DNA of 64,000 bases from the human T2T-CHM13v2.0 reference genome, Homo sapiens, in assembly GCF_009914755.1 (NCBI RefSeq), contig NC_060936.1; one strand, 5' to 3'. Below are positions 45,828 to 60,361 of the stretch, piece after piece. The translations under genes were made by a program, and so were the position numbers. Positions within the stretch are counted from its first letter, which is position 1, and each line of letters begins with the position of its first letter. Under the pieces are notes generated by a model, which saw only the letters and a list, made by a program, of their open reading frames with translations, did not search any database and was not told where the DNA came from.

Positions 45828-47845
45828 CAGTTGAACCTTGAACAAAAGGGATTTGAACTGTCTTGAGTCCATTTATACATGGATATTTTTCAATAAATAT
45901 ATTGGAAAGTTTTTGGAGATTTGCAATGATTTGAAAAACCTTGCAGATGAGCTGTATAGCCTAGAAATATTGAAAAAAAATTAAGAAAAACTTAAGTATG
46001 TGATGAATGCATAGAATATATGTGGATACGAGAATATTTTATCATTTGCTACCATAAAGTACATACAATTTAGTCTATTATAAAAAGTTGAAATTTATCA
46101 AAACTTATGCATACAAACTTACAGACTGTACAAGGCACCATTCCAAGTCCAGAGAAATGTAAACAAACGTAAAGATGCAGCATTAAATCACAACTGCATA
46201 AAATTAACCATAGTACATACTTCAGAACTGTAATAATTTCGTAGCTCCCTCCTGTTGCTATTGCAGTGGGCTCAAGTGTTGCAAGTATCTGCTTAAAATA
46301 CTGTGTGGCTAATCATCTCCAGTAAGTTGCATATCACAGTAAAGTGTGACCTGTTACAGTTCTTGTGTATTTTTCATCATGTTTAGTGCAACCTTGTAAA
46401 CCTTAAGTCACATCGTGGGACCCACACAAAGTGCCACTAATGATGCTGGAGGTGCTCACAAGAAGCAGATAAAAGTTATGACGTTACAAGAAAAAGCTGG
46501 ATTTCTTGATATGTACCACAGATTGAGGGCTGCAGCTGCAGTTGATGCTATTTCAAGATAAATGAATCTAGCATAACAATTATTGCAAAAAGTCAAAAAG
46601 AAAATTCCTGAAGCCATTACTGTGGCTATGCCAGCAGACACAAAAACCTTGTACATTTTTTGAAATACCTTATAATCTCCTATTAAAAATGGAGCTTTTA
46701 TGTGGGTGTTAAGATTGCTATAAGAAAGACATACCTATAGAATCTAATGTGATTCGAGAAAAAGCAAAGTTATGTGACAAAGTAAAGGAAGGTGAAAGAT
46801 CTAAAGATAGAGAATTTAATGCCAGCAAAGGATGGTTTGATAATTTTAGAAAGAGGCATGGCTTTAAAAATGTCAAGATAACAGGAGAAGCAGCTTCTGC
46901 CGACCAAGAGGCAACAGACAAGAGTTCCCAGACACGATTGAGAAAATCATTAAGGATAAAGGATAGCTGCCTGAACAGGCTTCTAATGCAGACAAAAGTG
47001 CCCTATTCTGGGGGGAAAAATGCCACAAAGAACACTTATTAGTAAGGAAGGGAAGTGAGTACCAAGGTTTAAGGCAGGAAGGAATAGGTTAACTTTATTG
47101 TTTGTGCAGATGCAGTTGGGTTTATGATAAGGACTACACTTATCTATAAAGCTGTTAACGTTTGAGCCTTGAAGGGAAAAATAAACACCAGCTGCTGGTC
47201 TTTTGGTTGCACAGCAAGAAGGCCTGGACAATGAGAAACCTTTTTCTGAATCGATTGCATCAATGCTTTGTCCCTGAAGTCAGGAAGTACCTTGCCAGTA
47301 AGGGCTGCCTTTTAAAGTTCTTTTGATATTGGATAATGCTCTTGGCCTCCCCAAATCCCATGAGTTCATCCCCAAAGGAGTCAAAGTGGTCTGATTGCCC
47401 CCAAACATAACGTCCTAATTCAGCCTCTAGATCAGGGGTCATAAGGACCTTTATGGCTCATTATATGGTACTCTATGGAAAGGAGTGTCAATGCAAGGAA
47501 GAGAACCCTGACAGAGAGAACATCATGCAAGTCTAGAAGGATTGTACATCATTGAAGATGCCATTGTCTTATAGAGAAAGCTGTGAAAATGATCAAGCCC
47601 CAAACAATAAATTCCTGCCAGAGAAAATTGTGTCCAGATGTTGTGCATGACTTCACAGGATTTGTGACAGAGGCAATCGAGGAACTAATGAACCAGATTG
47701 TGGGTATGGCAAAAAAAAGTAGTGGGTGGAAGCTTTCAAAATACGGATCTTGGAGAAATTCAAGAGCTAATAGACACCACACCAGAAGAGTGAACAGAAG
47801 ATGACTTGATGAATATGAATGCTTCCAAATCAGCACCAAGAATAT
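45828..47845 (+). mobile_element. Tigger2 DNA transposon, right end missing, transposase decayed
   Basis: Left TIR CAGTTGAACCTTGAACAA; CENP-B-type HTH remnant FNASKGWFDNFRKRHGFKNVKITGEAASAD at 46749-47042. Confidence 0.85.
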
Positions 47846-47849
47846 GCCT

Positions 47850-48720
47850 TTTATTTCCTTAAAAATTATTTTTCTTTGTTTTTTAATGGACACATAGGAA
47901 TTGTACATATTCATGGGTTACAGTATGATATTTCAATACCTGTATACCTGTATACTGTGTGTAATAACCAAATCAGGGTAATTAGCATATCTATCACCTC
48001 AAACAATTATCTTTTCTTTCTGTTGAAAACTCTCAAAAATTCTCTTTGCCAGGTGCAGTGGGACACGCCTATAATCCCAGCTCTGTGGAAGACTGAGATG
48101 GGAGGATTGCTTGAGCTCAGGAGTTTGAGATCAGCCTGGGCAACATAGCAAGACCCTGTCTCAAAAAAATCCTCTCTTCTAGTCATTTGAAAATACAAAT
48201 TAAATTGTTGTGAACTATAGTTACCCTACAGCGGTATCTAACACTATCTATCTAGCTGTAATTTTGTATCCATTAACCAATTTCTCTCTGTCCCCTACCT
48301 GCCACCCACTCCCCTTCTCAGCCTTTAGTTACCACTACTTTTCTCTCCACTTCTATGAAATCCACTTGTTTAGCTTCATGAGTGAGTTCATTGCAATATT
48401 TGTCTTTCTGTGCCTGGCTTATTTCACTTAATATGATGACTTCCAGGTTCACCTATATCATTGCAAATGACAGAATTTCATTATTTTTTATGGCCAAATA
48501 GAATTTCATTGTGCATATATACCACATTTTCTGTTTTCATTCATCTACTGACAGATACTTAGGTTGATTCCATATCCTGGCTATTGGGAATAGTATTGTA
48601 ATAAACATGGGACTGCAGGTAGCTCTTCGACATACTGATTTCCTTTCCATTGGGAAAGGAATACTCAGTAGTGGGATAGTTCTATTTTTGGTTTTGTGAG
48701 ACAACCCAACACTGTTTTCT
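47850..48720 (-). mobile_element. L1MA-like 3' fragment containing an Alu monomer (FLAM, ~48048-48168, +)
   Basis: atcagggtaattagcatatctatcacctcaaaca; ttccatatcctggctattgggaatag; FLAM gccaggtgcagtgggacacgcctataatcccagc...gtctcaaaaaaa. Confidence 0.8.
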
Positions 48721-48722
48721 AG

Positions 48723-48769
48723 TAGGTTGGTGCAAAAGTAATCGCAGTTTTTGCCATTACTTTAATGGC
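48723..48769. mobile_element. Partial MADE1
   Basis: TAGGTTGGTGCAAAAGTAATCGCAGTTTTTGCCATTACTTTAATGGC: one TIR plus spacer. Confidence 0.85.
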
Positions 48770-50701
48770 TGTATTACATACCCCCACCCCCTACTTTTTG
48801 TTTTTTAACCAGGATAAACTATATTCACATAAGAAGTAAAGAAACATATAATAAATGTCAGATGAGTATTATCAACAAAGGGAAGCAAGCACTTCTCACT
48901 GGGATGGTCAGTGGAGGTGGTTTCACAAAGGGGTGAAAGCAGAGGTGATTCTTGGAAAAAAGTTCCCTGGCCAGCCTGGGCTTAGAATGCAACAGAAGGA
49001 GTGAGCACAGGATTTTCATTATAGTGACTGGGGTGAGATTCCAGCTCTGTTATTTAGTAGTCTGATCTCAGTAATTTATTAATCAGGAGATTATCAGGGG
49101 GATTAAAGAAAATAGCATATGCAACTTAGTTAATATTAGCTAAAGTTGATTGCAGATTATGATGAGCTCACCTAATCCTCATAATGGCTCAGTGAGATAA
49201 GCATCCTCCTTAGCATCAGTGTGGTGGAGAGGAGAGGAGAGGATGGGTACGTGGCCTTTGGCATTGCGCCTCTCCTGTGAGAAGTGGTCAGCAAACGACG
49301 GCAATTATTTTCTTGCCAATATTTACTAAAAGTCAACCAGACATTAACATGCAAATGGTGTCTCAAGAAACTGACCAGCATTTTCCCTCCAGTGGTGCAG
49401 TGAAACTACAGCATAAATGTGAAATATCAACTTGTATGTGTGTAGGTAGGAATCAGTGGTGCAGGGGTTAAGTTTGAACTTCTGTTCCCTTAAATGTTTT
49501 GGTCACAGAATGCACAAGGAAATCCACCAAATCCACCTTTTCTGTGTTAGCCAATCTCATTTTTTTGACAACACAAAGAGTACATGATTGCAAAAGCTGA
49601 TATTTATTACTTTTGTGTTATCAAGAAACTATTGGCTATTGGAAAATGGGTTACATCAAAATGAAGTGGATGTTCTGTTTTGGGAGAACATATAATAATT
49701 TTATTAGTCCCAAGGGCTAGTACACTGTTTTCAGACCTTAGACTCTACATTGGCCTTTGCAAACCCCACAGTTAGTCTTTGAAAAATGAGTTTTGTCACC
49801 TTATGAACAGGTGTTTGTTTAACTTCTAATTAATCAAAATAAAATAAAATAAAATAAAAACCTACTGGCTCCACGGGTCATAATTGCACTGGATCGAATA
49901 TTCTGTTTATGCCTGGAGCAAAACAAAAATGGAGACGACCTATTTTGTTCTAGATGTAAATAATTTGACATATTAAACTTCCTTAAAAAGATGAAAATTG
50001 ACCCAGTGATATTATAGACTAGAAAGTAGCATTCACATATTTAAGATTGAAAAATAAAACAAAACCTTAAATTAAACTTTGGATTTACCTCATTCCCTTT
50101 TAGGCTGTTCTCCTAGGATGTTAAGGGTTGGGTTTGATCTTTTCTTTCCTCTTAAGTGAACCATTTTAGAAATGACAGCTTTAGGTGTTAAGACATTATT
50201 GACCACTAACATCTGAACTTGTATATCAGCTTATCAGTTTTACAGTACAGAGAGCAGGAATAGAGGCACAGAACTAATGGGTTTGGATGGAGGAAACGTG
50301 GGAGCTGGTCAATGCTGAGAAGAGAGGGCCTTCCATGGAGATCTCTCAGCTGCTGGAGGCCAAGGACCAATTGCAGGTATTGAAGAAAGGGGCATGAACA
50401 AGGAGATAGCGAGTACTCAAGGCTTACCTTGCAGTTTGGCCACGTACTCATCATATCATCTTTTGCTCAGGGCAGGCCCCCCTCCATAACTGCAGAGTGA
50501 ATGGGCTCATTTTCATCTCCCTCTGAGTTTTCTTTCCCCGTCCCCTCATGGTGCCCCCTTCCCACCATCATGATCTCATGAAGCTTGTTGCTCCATGATC
50601 AGGCACTCAATCTAGGTTCATGGCTTCAAAGATTCTTATGGGTTCTTACAAGCCACCTGGTCCAACCTCCTTATTTTCAGCATGTGATCAAAATAAGGCA
50701 T

Positions 50702-50934
50702 CAGGGCCAGCGTCATGGGTGTGTGACCTGTGCAGAAGCACAGGGTCCTACATTTAGAAGTCCCCCACATTTGGTGTTGATGCTCTACTGTTGCTGTCTT
50801 TTAACAAAACCTTCACCAAAGTGGAAGAAGAGTAGGCATGGCAAAAAAAAAAAAAAAAAAAGTCTTTAGTTTTTGAACAATGGACTCCACATTTTCATTT
50901 TATACTGTACCCTACAAATTATGTTTCTGGTCCT
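50702..50934 (+). mobile_element. MER53 hAT element with a small poly(A)-tailed insert
   Basis: CAGGGCCAGCGTCATGGGTGTGTGACCTGTGCAG...ttttcattttatactgtaccctacaaatta. Confidence 0.75.
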
Positions 50935-52778
50935 ATCTAAGTCATACTGATATGTTTGTGACTTAATGAACCACGTGAATATTTGATTTTAGAAAAATGT
51001 CTTCAGGACTGTTTTTCAGGAATATGGAAGTGATAATGGTAGAGGAGATTGAGGGCTGGCTAAAGGCAACAAGGGAATTTGGGGGAGGAGAGCAGGAGAT
51101 TTCCAGGGACTCCAGGAAAACAGATGTACCATGAATTTGTCTCACTTGCAGTTATAGCAGCCCTGTCTTTAGGTAGTAATTTATTCCTTATCGCTGTTCT
51201 GAATTTCCACATTCCCTCTTAAAACTGATTCCCTTTTGTTCTTTTCTTCCTGCAGTTGCCGACAACTAGCCATTATCTCCTAGGTACTTAAAGACCATTA
51301 TAGTTACCCCTCAACATTTTCCCAGGCTAAGAGATCCTAATTCTTTTATCCATCAGCTTGAATGCTTTTTTCTTTTAATTGATGCTTCCTCAAAGAAGAA
51401 CAGCTAGCTAGTTCAGGTAGCATTGTTAAAATCAGGGCACAATTAATTTCACATCTAGCTACAATATTGCCAAGGAAAGAAACAGACAAAGACAGAGATG
51501 GCACCAATGAAAATCGCTTTTTGGAATTAAGCTAAAATTAGCTAAACATTTTGTAATTACAAAGTAATTTGAAAATCAAGCAGTTAGACTAAAACATTGA
51601 TCAGGAAAAAGACGATGAGAAAGGAAAGGATGGAAAAATTCATTGAAAACAGCCTCCCCTGCAGACCAGAGGGAGTTTTTGAGAAAAAGTAGATTACTGC
51701 CTAGAGAAATACCGAAGCCCATTACTTTGGGCAAAGGTTTTGAGAACAGAAAATGTGTCCTTGCAAAGGTGAGAGGACTGAGTTCTACCCAGTAAAGGCT
51801 ACGTCTCTGCCTGTGTGTGAACAATTTCCATACACATATCCACAAGGAGATGTAAAGAGACCTATTATAGTTTATGTTCCAATTATAGTGTTCAAATATT
51901 GAAACAAACAGGCAACATGATTGGATAAACAAAAGGTGTAAGAAAAAGAAAGCAGTCACAAAAGGAATGGGAGCTTGATTTTGTGTAATATCATGTATTC
52001 TTCCTGTAATTCACTTCAGAGAGGCAGTGACTTAATTTCCACAAAACAGCGGCCTGAATAGATTCAAGGCAGATGCTTCAGAAAGCTTTTATTTAGTGTT
52101 TTCTAAAAAAAAAGTTACATTTTTCTATGTCTCTGAGGTTGACAGTCCAGGGGGTGATTGAGCAGACTGAAGGTGCCTCACTTGAGGTGGACAGTGGGCC
52201 CCTGCCAGAGAGGCCAGGTGGGACACTTGTGTCAGTGGCGAGAGGGACTGTGACTGTGGTTTGGCTGAGCTGAGAGGTAGGAGGCCAAATCTTCATTGTC
52301 CACTCTTGGGCAGGTCATCTAACTTTTCTGTTTCTCAATTTTCTTGTGTACAAAAAGCACTAAAAACACTAACCTACCTGAATATTGTTATGAAAATAAA
52401 ATGGAATAACAGATGGGAAAGTGCCTTGAAAAATTATAACAGATTGTTTTTATACATTGAAAATGGTCCGTTAATGTGAAAAGTTTTAAATATCAGCCAC
52501 TTTATTGGGAGGATGGGCCTTCGCTGTGGCCGTGTGCACTCCTCTGTGGGAGATACAAACGTTTCCTCAGCACTGGCATTTGCCCCCAGAAAGCTTGCAG
52601 ACTAGTTGAGGGAAACAAGTGCCTATATTTGCATAGCATTTTATATACCTGAAAATTGAACTGACAATACATATTCAAGGAGAGCATATCACAAGCTCTG
52701 AAGTTAGATGGCCTTGTTTGAATCCTAGTTTACAGATGAGAAAATTGAGGCTTATGGGTTGTTAAATAGTTCACTTCA

Positions 52779-53148
52779 TGATAACGGTTAGGCTTTGTGT
52801 CCCCACCTAAACCTCATCTTGAATTATAATCCCCACGTGTCAAGGGAGAGACCAGGTGGAGGTAATTGGATCATGGGTGTGGTTTCCCCATGCTGTTCTC
52901 GTGATAGTGAGTGACTTCTCACGAAATCTGTTGGTTTTATAACTGTTTGGTAATTCCTCCTGCGTTCATTCTCCTTCCTGCAGCCTAGTGAAGAAGGTGC
53001 CTTGCTTCCCCTTTGCCTTCCACCGTGACTGTAAGTTTCCTGAGGCCTCCCTAGCCATGCGGAACTGTGAGTCAATTAAACCTCTTTCCTTTATAAATTA
53101 CCTAGTCTTGGGTAGTTCTTTTAAGCAGTATGAAAACAGACTAGTCCA
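52779..53148 (+). mobile_element. THE1D-like solo LTR inserted in a MIR
   Basis: TGATAACGGTTAGGCTTTGTGTCCCC...; TSD cttca / cctca. Confidence 0.85.
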
Positions 53149-53648
53149 CCTCAGTTTACTGTCTGTAGACTAGGATATGAAGAGTACCACAGGGGGTTGT
53201 TGTACAGATTAACTGGAACATCATACACAAAACTAGTGGTTGACCCATACCCTCAATGTGGTAACTATTATCGCTATATGTATGGATGCATATCTCCTAA
53301 ATTTATTTGACCCCAGAAGATTTTTTGTTCTTTTTTGTTTGTTTGTTTTGGTGAGGGGAAATCATAGAAGATGATTTTTCCCTGAAGCAGCCTTTGGGAA
53401 TGAGTATATGGCTATAGGCAAGAGGTTCACTAGAAGATGGAGTTGGCACTTGGGACTGGGGTTATTAGGAATGTCTTCATAGGGGTGAGGGGTAAGGGGA
53501 CTTGAACAGGTACCTAGCAAAGTGCAGGATTTGGCCAGACACTGTAATGGCAGAAGCCAGGGTCGGGGATATGAGGAGGAGAACATGCCAATGTGGGAAA
53601 TAAAGCTGGAAAGACAGGATCTGATTTCCTCGACAGGGCACTTGAATT

Positions 53649-53945
53649 TTATTTTTTATTTAGTTTTTTTTTTTGAGACAGGGTCCCACACTGTGGCCCA
53701 GGCTGGAGTTCAGTGGTGCAGGCTGGAGTTCAGTGGCGCAATCCCAGGCTCAAGCAATCCTCCCACCTCAGCCTCTTGAGTAGCCAGGACTACCGGCACA
53801 CATGGCTATGCCTGGCTAGTTTTTTAAATTTTTCACAGAAATGCTTTGTTGCCCAGGCTGGTCTTGAGCTCCTGGCCTCAAGCAGTCCTCCTCTCTCAGC
53901 CTCCCAAAGTGTTGGGATTATAGGCATGAGCCACCATGCCTGGCC
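53649..53945 (-). mobile_element. AluJ-like element with an internal 20-bp tandem duplication
   Basis: caggctggagttcagtggtg-caggctggagttcagtggcg; TSD-like ggcacttgaatt / ggcacttggatt. Confidence 0.85.
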
Positions 53946-56309
53946 TGGCACTTGGATTCTATCTCATGTGTAGAGGGAAGCCATTAGTGGAATTTTTCGA
54001 AAGAATACTCTGGTATTTTTATCCATAGTGAATTGACATTAAAATATGCTAAAAGTGTGTAGAGGGTGGAACACTGGCTGGGAATTTATCAAATGTGATT
54101 CAAGGCTCAGGGTGGATTGATGAGATGGTGATATAAACCAGGAGAGAGAAAGGGACAGGGGAGGAAGAAGCAAAATGAATTGGTGGCTGAATACGGGATT
54201 TGAGGGGAGGGGCAACGACTCAGGTTTTGCATTGTGGTGACTTGAGGATCACGTCCCTTAACATTGCTTTATTCTTTCAGTGATTTATTTACAAAATACT
54301 TTGAGTGCTTACAAGGGCAGGGCACTGTATAGGTGCTGAGATTGCTAAAAACAAAAATGCTGTTAAACTAGACTCATAAATTAAAGTAACAATGAGGAAA
54401 ACTTTGAGTTAATGTAGAGTTAGAGTGTAGACAATGAATGCCCTAATGTAGACATGAAAAAAATGAATGAGGCTGGGCTGGGAAGGCCTGTTGGAGGAGG
54501 TAGCATTTGAGCAGCGTCTTGCCTATGGTTAGGGATTCCACAGGGAATGAGAAAGTGTCACTTTAGAAAGAAAGAAGGCAAGAAATTAAGTTGGTGGAGG
54601 TTGAGGAGGACATGAATTCTATTTTAGATGGACTAAGTACAAAGTGAGAATGGCACACCATGGTGGAAATGTCCAGCACATGGCTGGAAGATGGAACTGG
54701 GATTTTGCAGGACAGTCAGTGCTGGAGGTCAAGATTTGAGAATCATCGGCTTTGGGGAGAATTTCTGAACCTGGAAGAGCAGATGCGACTTTGAAGGGAG
54801 ATGACTGAGTCACGTGGTCTTAAAGTTGGAAGGAACCCTCGAGGACCTCTGGTCTAACCTTCTCTCGTGAAAATCTTATTTACAACAGATCTTCCTGACC
54901 ACTTCCTCTGCCAGAGCTCTCCTTACCTCACAACATATATAGTTCACTGTGTTGACAAACAGTTCCAATGTTCAAGTTTGAACCTTGTCCTTTAGTTGTT
55001 TGCAAGTTACTGGAAGTGTTCAAACAAGGGATAACTTGATTAAAAAGCTATTGATTAAAGAATTATTCTGTGACTCCTGTGCAGAATGATTCTGAGAAGA
55101 GAGAGCTGGCAGCTGGGAGGTCAGTACTAACAGTTTAATATTTTTTCTAATTCTACATTGACTCAAAGTTTTCCTCACTGTTACTTTTATTTATGAGTCT
55201 AGTCTAACCTAATGGGAGTAACACAGAGTATGTCTACTCTCTTTTCCATATGACAAGTTATACATTCTTTCCAGGTCTTTCCTTTTTAAAGAGAACCTTG
55301 CCCTGGTTCTTTATATGCACCAAGTGACACCATTCACAGACTTTTGTCATCCTGATCCATTCATTCAGGTATTATGTTTTGCATGCCTGGCTCTCCAGAA
55401 AGAAAAGCCAGAGCCAAAGCTTATGTATATGTTTTCTTTTTTATTGGAGAATATGATCTATGGAGCAGGAGTGAGGGATGTGGGGGCCAAGTGGAGAAAG
55501 AGGGAGAGGCAATAAAAGATGCATTTTCAGGTTGGCCACTGCTCAGGATGACAGAGTCCATTCATTGAATAGCAGGGCCAGAGGAGCTGTATGAAATGTA
55601 TCTCAGAGCTGTCTTTCCAAGGGAAGAATTTATCCATTGGCTCCCATTTCCCATTGGTGAGAAGGTTGCATAGTGGGGTTGCACGTGCGTGAGCAGAAGA
55701 GTCCCCCACAACTTTACCACTTTCTCAGTGGAGAAGCCCTGGGGAGGAAGCAACAGGCAGAAGGCTGGGAGCTAAGAGAGGTGCTGACAGGTGTACCTGT
55801 AGGGAGCTGATCTGGTCCTATGGTAGTGGCTGAGATAAGAGACAGGTAGTCCTAAGAGAATCGGAAATGGGCACAGGAATTATCTGCGGCATCTGCTGTC
55901 CACAAGGCTCCCTGCTGGTCTCTGGATGTGTTGCGGTCTCTCCACATCCCTTTCAAGAGCTGGTACTCATAATTAAATAAGCTCTCCAAATAGCTTCTGT
56001 CCAGAGAAGATTTTAGGGCAGACAGGAAGGAAAGAGTGATGGCTGTGTTAAACAGATTTAAGATCAACCTATCACAAATATTGGCACATATGCTCTCCTG
56101 CATTCTTCAAACACACATTGCTACTAGTGAGGTTCAGCAGCAAGCACCCAGGATTTGGCAGATCCTGTGCTAGGTGCTGGAGGGCGGGGAGCATCCTGAT
56201 GAATATGGGATAATCTTGACGTTAATGAGGGCTTAGTCTAGTTGGAGAGACTGAAAAAGTAGCCAAATAATTATAATAAAATGGTATGGGCTACAATAGA
56301 GATGGCTGG

Positions 56310-56762
56310 AGGATGAAGAAATGGTCCAGAGACGAATGTCAGGTGGAGAGGTCAGAGAAACCTTCAGAGAGGATGTGAAACTTACAGAGGATTCTGAGGT
56401 ACCCTGACTCCTCCATATGTGTGCCTAGATGGAGAGGCAGAGCATATGAGGGATCCACTGTGCCCAGACTGAGGCACAACCTGAATTACCAGCAACATTT
56501 AACAGCCTGAGGATTCCTGACAAGTCAGCTATGAAACCACTAGATGCTCCTTATGTTGGAGGCTGCATTCAATGTGTTTTAGTTTAAACAAATATTCCTA
56601 GCTTAGAAATTGCAACCTTTTACATACATGTGTATTTGAGCAATTTAAGCCATTGTCACATCTCTTAGGAATCATATCTTTCCCATATGAATGACTGTTT
56701 TATATTTTACTCACATACTAAAAGATACCTTGATTGCAAAAGGTTAAATTGAAGATGAAGTA
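56310..56762 (+). repeat. Diverged direct repeat, copy 1 (partner 62199-62675)
   Basis: Collinear shared blocks atgaaaccactagat, gggatccac and accttgattg(c/t)aaaaggttaaattgaagatgaagta. Confidence 0.8.
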
Positions 56763-56954
56763 TGGTATTTTATTCCTCTTCTTCCCTTGGCAAGAACACC
56801 GCAGAGCCTTTGTAAACAAAAGCCAGAATGCAGACAGTCTAGGAGAGGTTTCAGCTGAAAAAAGTATACTTTTTTTTTTTTTTTAACATGGTGAATTGAG
56901 GAATAGTTCAGGAAAATAAGGAGCAGGTAGCTGCCGCAGCCTGCAGGGCAGAAA

Positions 56955-57020
56955 GCCTGGTATAAAGGCAAAGAGTGCCTCCTAATCAGGCGCTCTCGGG
57001 CCGTCACGTGGTCCCGCCTA
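56955..57020 (+). promoter_or_regulatory. Candidate promoter/enhancer motif cluster
   Basis: TATAAAG 56961-56967, GTCACGTGG 57003-57011, CCCGCC 57013-57018, locally retained CpGs. Confidence 0.35.
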
Positions 57021-60000
57021 TCACTTTAGCCCTTGGACAGGGGGAAGCTCTGAGCCTCTGTGTCCTCTGCACCCCCAGGCCTGGGCCTCCCGGACTAACA
57101 TATGGGAAGAATTTAGAGACAAGGGAAAAGCCCAGAAATCAAATGTTGAGAGAAATTATGTGGCTAACAGCTGGAATTCATTAAGTTTTATATTAAGCGA
57201 AGAATTGATAACAAGAAATCCAAAACACCCTTTCCCAAAAGAAAGAAAAATTAATAGCTTGAGGACAAAAAAGGCTTCCCAAGCTTCTTGGCTTCTCTTT
57301 AAATATAACTGTAGTACTTATGTTTGTTTTTATAAGGGATAGCTATGGTTATATTTGTTATGAATCTGGAATTGTTGAATTTAAGGATGAATATATTGAG
57401 ATGCCCTAAATGCCAAAAAATGAATCTAAAATTGGACTGCATGTCCATTTTAATTTCAAGTCATTATTGAGGTATGTTAATGCTACATAAAAATAATTTA
57501 TGAAGATTTTTCACCTAAGTTCTCTGATTTCATCCTTTCCCTACACACTAATAAATAAGTATTTTATAACCTTCCTCTGCCTAGGAGAAAGTGGTTGCTC
57601 AAAGAGATTAATTTGCCCAAGATCACACTGTGGCAGATGAGAATTTAAACCCAAGTCTTCTGCTCCCAGCACCCATGGGCATATTCACTGCACTGGGGTT
57701 TGTAACCTGGATGAGCTTCCAAATTAGCCCTGGAGCTTTTAAATTGACCAATTCTTGGAGTGGGCTTTAGAATCTACATAATTAAGGAATATCTGAAGTG
57801 ATTATGATGATCAACCTGGTTTAGGACCCACTGTGTTAAGGTAAACAGAATATCATTCTCTCACCAATCAGTACAAATTCTTCTTTACCCTGGGGATATA
57901 GGCAAGTGGGTATTTTGAAGGCCAGCAGAGCCACACCTGGGAAGCGTTAGAATCCACCTAACCACGCAGCCTGCCACAATGTGGGATTAGCTGGTTTGGC
58001 TTGATTACTAACTACTGTCTGGAACCGTGTTATGAGAAAAAGCTAGACCATAACAGCACAAAGCAAAGTTTCCCAACCTTTTCCTAGGCAATGATATACC
58101 TGTAAAAGTGTTGGGGCACATCAGGGGGCTGCCAGTGTCAAAGATGTAGAGGCACAGGTTAGGAGTCCCTGAACATACTTCCACCAGCAAATGGATCCAA
58201 ACAAAATTGGAGGAACCAGGGAGACTACCACCAAAATATAATATGCTTCATCTTTCAGTTTCTGCATGGGTTGAGTGGTGTAGTAAAGAAGAAAAACAGC
58301 CACGTTCCTAACAGAGACCAGGTTAATTCTTCTTCGATATTTGTGAACACAGAAAGGTGATTTACATTCTTTGATATTTGATGGGCCTAATTTTGAATCC
58401 TGGCTGTATCACTTCGTGATCTTGGGTAAATCACTTACCTTCTTTGAGCATCAGTTTCCCTGTACCTGTGTGAAGGGTAGTGCTACTTTCATCATAGAGT
58501 ATTAAAAGGCTTAAAATAAATAATATGTATAAAGTGGTTACTCCAGTGCCTGTAAATAGCAAGCACCATGTAAATTGCAGTGTTATTTCTGTCTCTTACA
58601 TCCAAGTAATCTTGAAATTTAATCAGTAAAGGATATAAGAGCTTTAATGATATCTTAAACCAGATTTCAAATGCAGGAAAATTTATTTTAATAAAAAGCA
58701 AGGAAATTAGAGAATATATAAGATCCTGTTTTAATCGAGTCCTGCTCCAGCTTTTAGAAACTTGTGGGACAAGAAGCAGCTTGGGGCAGGGCAAGCATTT
58801 GAACATCAGAAACTGTTATCTCCACAGTGGGGTGAGAGGACAGCGAAGCCATGAATTTGAAAACAGGGAGAATAAAAGTTCCCTCTGCGCCTAGCAGGCT
58901 AGGACAAAGACATGAAAGTCACTTTTGAGAATAACTTTAAATGGAATCAGCAAAACTGGACTGTAACTTGATTAACTATATTAACATATCTAAAAGAAGA
59001 ACTGATCGTTCAAAACTGCAGTTGGCCAGCAGTGGAAGAACAGAAAATGGAAAGTCAGAGGCAGATGTTGGCAAGTGTCCTCCTAGGACTATCCAGGGAG
59101 AAGGAGCCTTAGCTCAAGGACTTGGAATTTTCCTTACCCATTGGCAAGACCATCCATCGCTGTGAAATGTCTCTCTCAGGCCCTCTCAGCCCAATGTAAT
59201 TATACATTCAAAGCTATAACAAATTCATTTTGTATGGATTCTATACATTTCATGAAATATTGTGATCATAATTTAGTTCCCCATATAATTTGCTTATAGA
59301 GAAAAAATATATACATCAGACTGAGAATCTTATATTAGATTCTCATCTTCCCTATCCCCTTAGAATTCTTAGGGGTTCCTTGAAGTCCCCTTAGAAGCCA
59401 CTGGGGGAGTAGAGAAGGAGAAGAGGTAGGTATGAGGGGCTTAGCTCTCCTCCCTGAACTAACTCAACTGCTCCATTTTTACTCTGTGAGTAGAAGATTT
59501 TATCTAACTCAGTGATTCACATTGATTTGTATTTATATTAGAATATATTTGACCATAATTCTTCATAATTGGAATTTAGATTAATCTATTCTGAAGTTCA
59601 ATAAAGAATTATCCATAGCCAATTATGAAAGCAGATGTGTACATGATCCCTGAAATATGTAATCCTAAAATAACAGGCATCTCACTGAATCCTTTTACAT
59701 GCATATACACACACACACAGAGACATACACACACGCACAATTGACATGGGACAGAGAGGTGGATAAGGTTTTGCTCCATGTACATAAATTTAAGGTTGGG
59801 GTAAAAAAGCAACTTTCAGAGCCATTTCTTTAACAAAGAATTCATGGGCTGAAAAATGATTGAAAATATTCAGTCTAGATGATTTGTAAACCTCCTGGTT
59901 GGCTATAAAAGCTTATTTCTGGGATTCTACTTTTGAACCATTATTGAGCATCTTTTGAATATATGGAGACACAAACACATATTGGGTTACATCCATCCTT

Positions 60001-60058
60001 TGCTCTTTACCACAGTTGCCAGTTACCACTACGTTCATTCTTCACCCCAGTGATTCTT

Positions 60059-60361
<303 letters not shown>

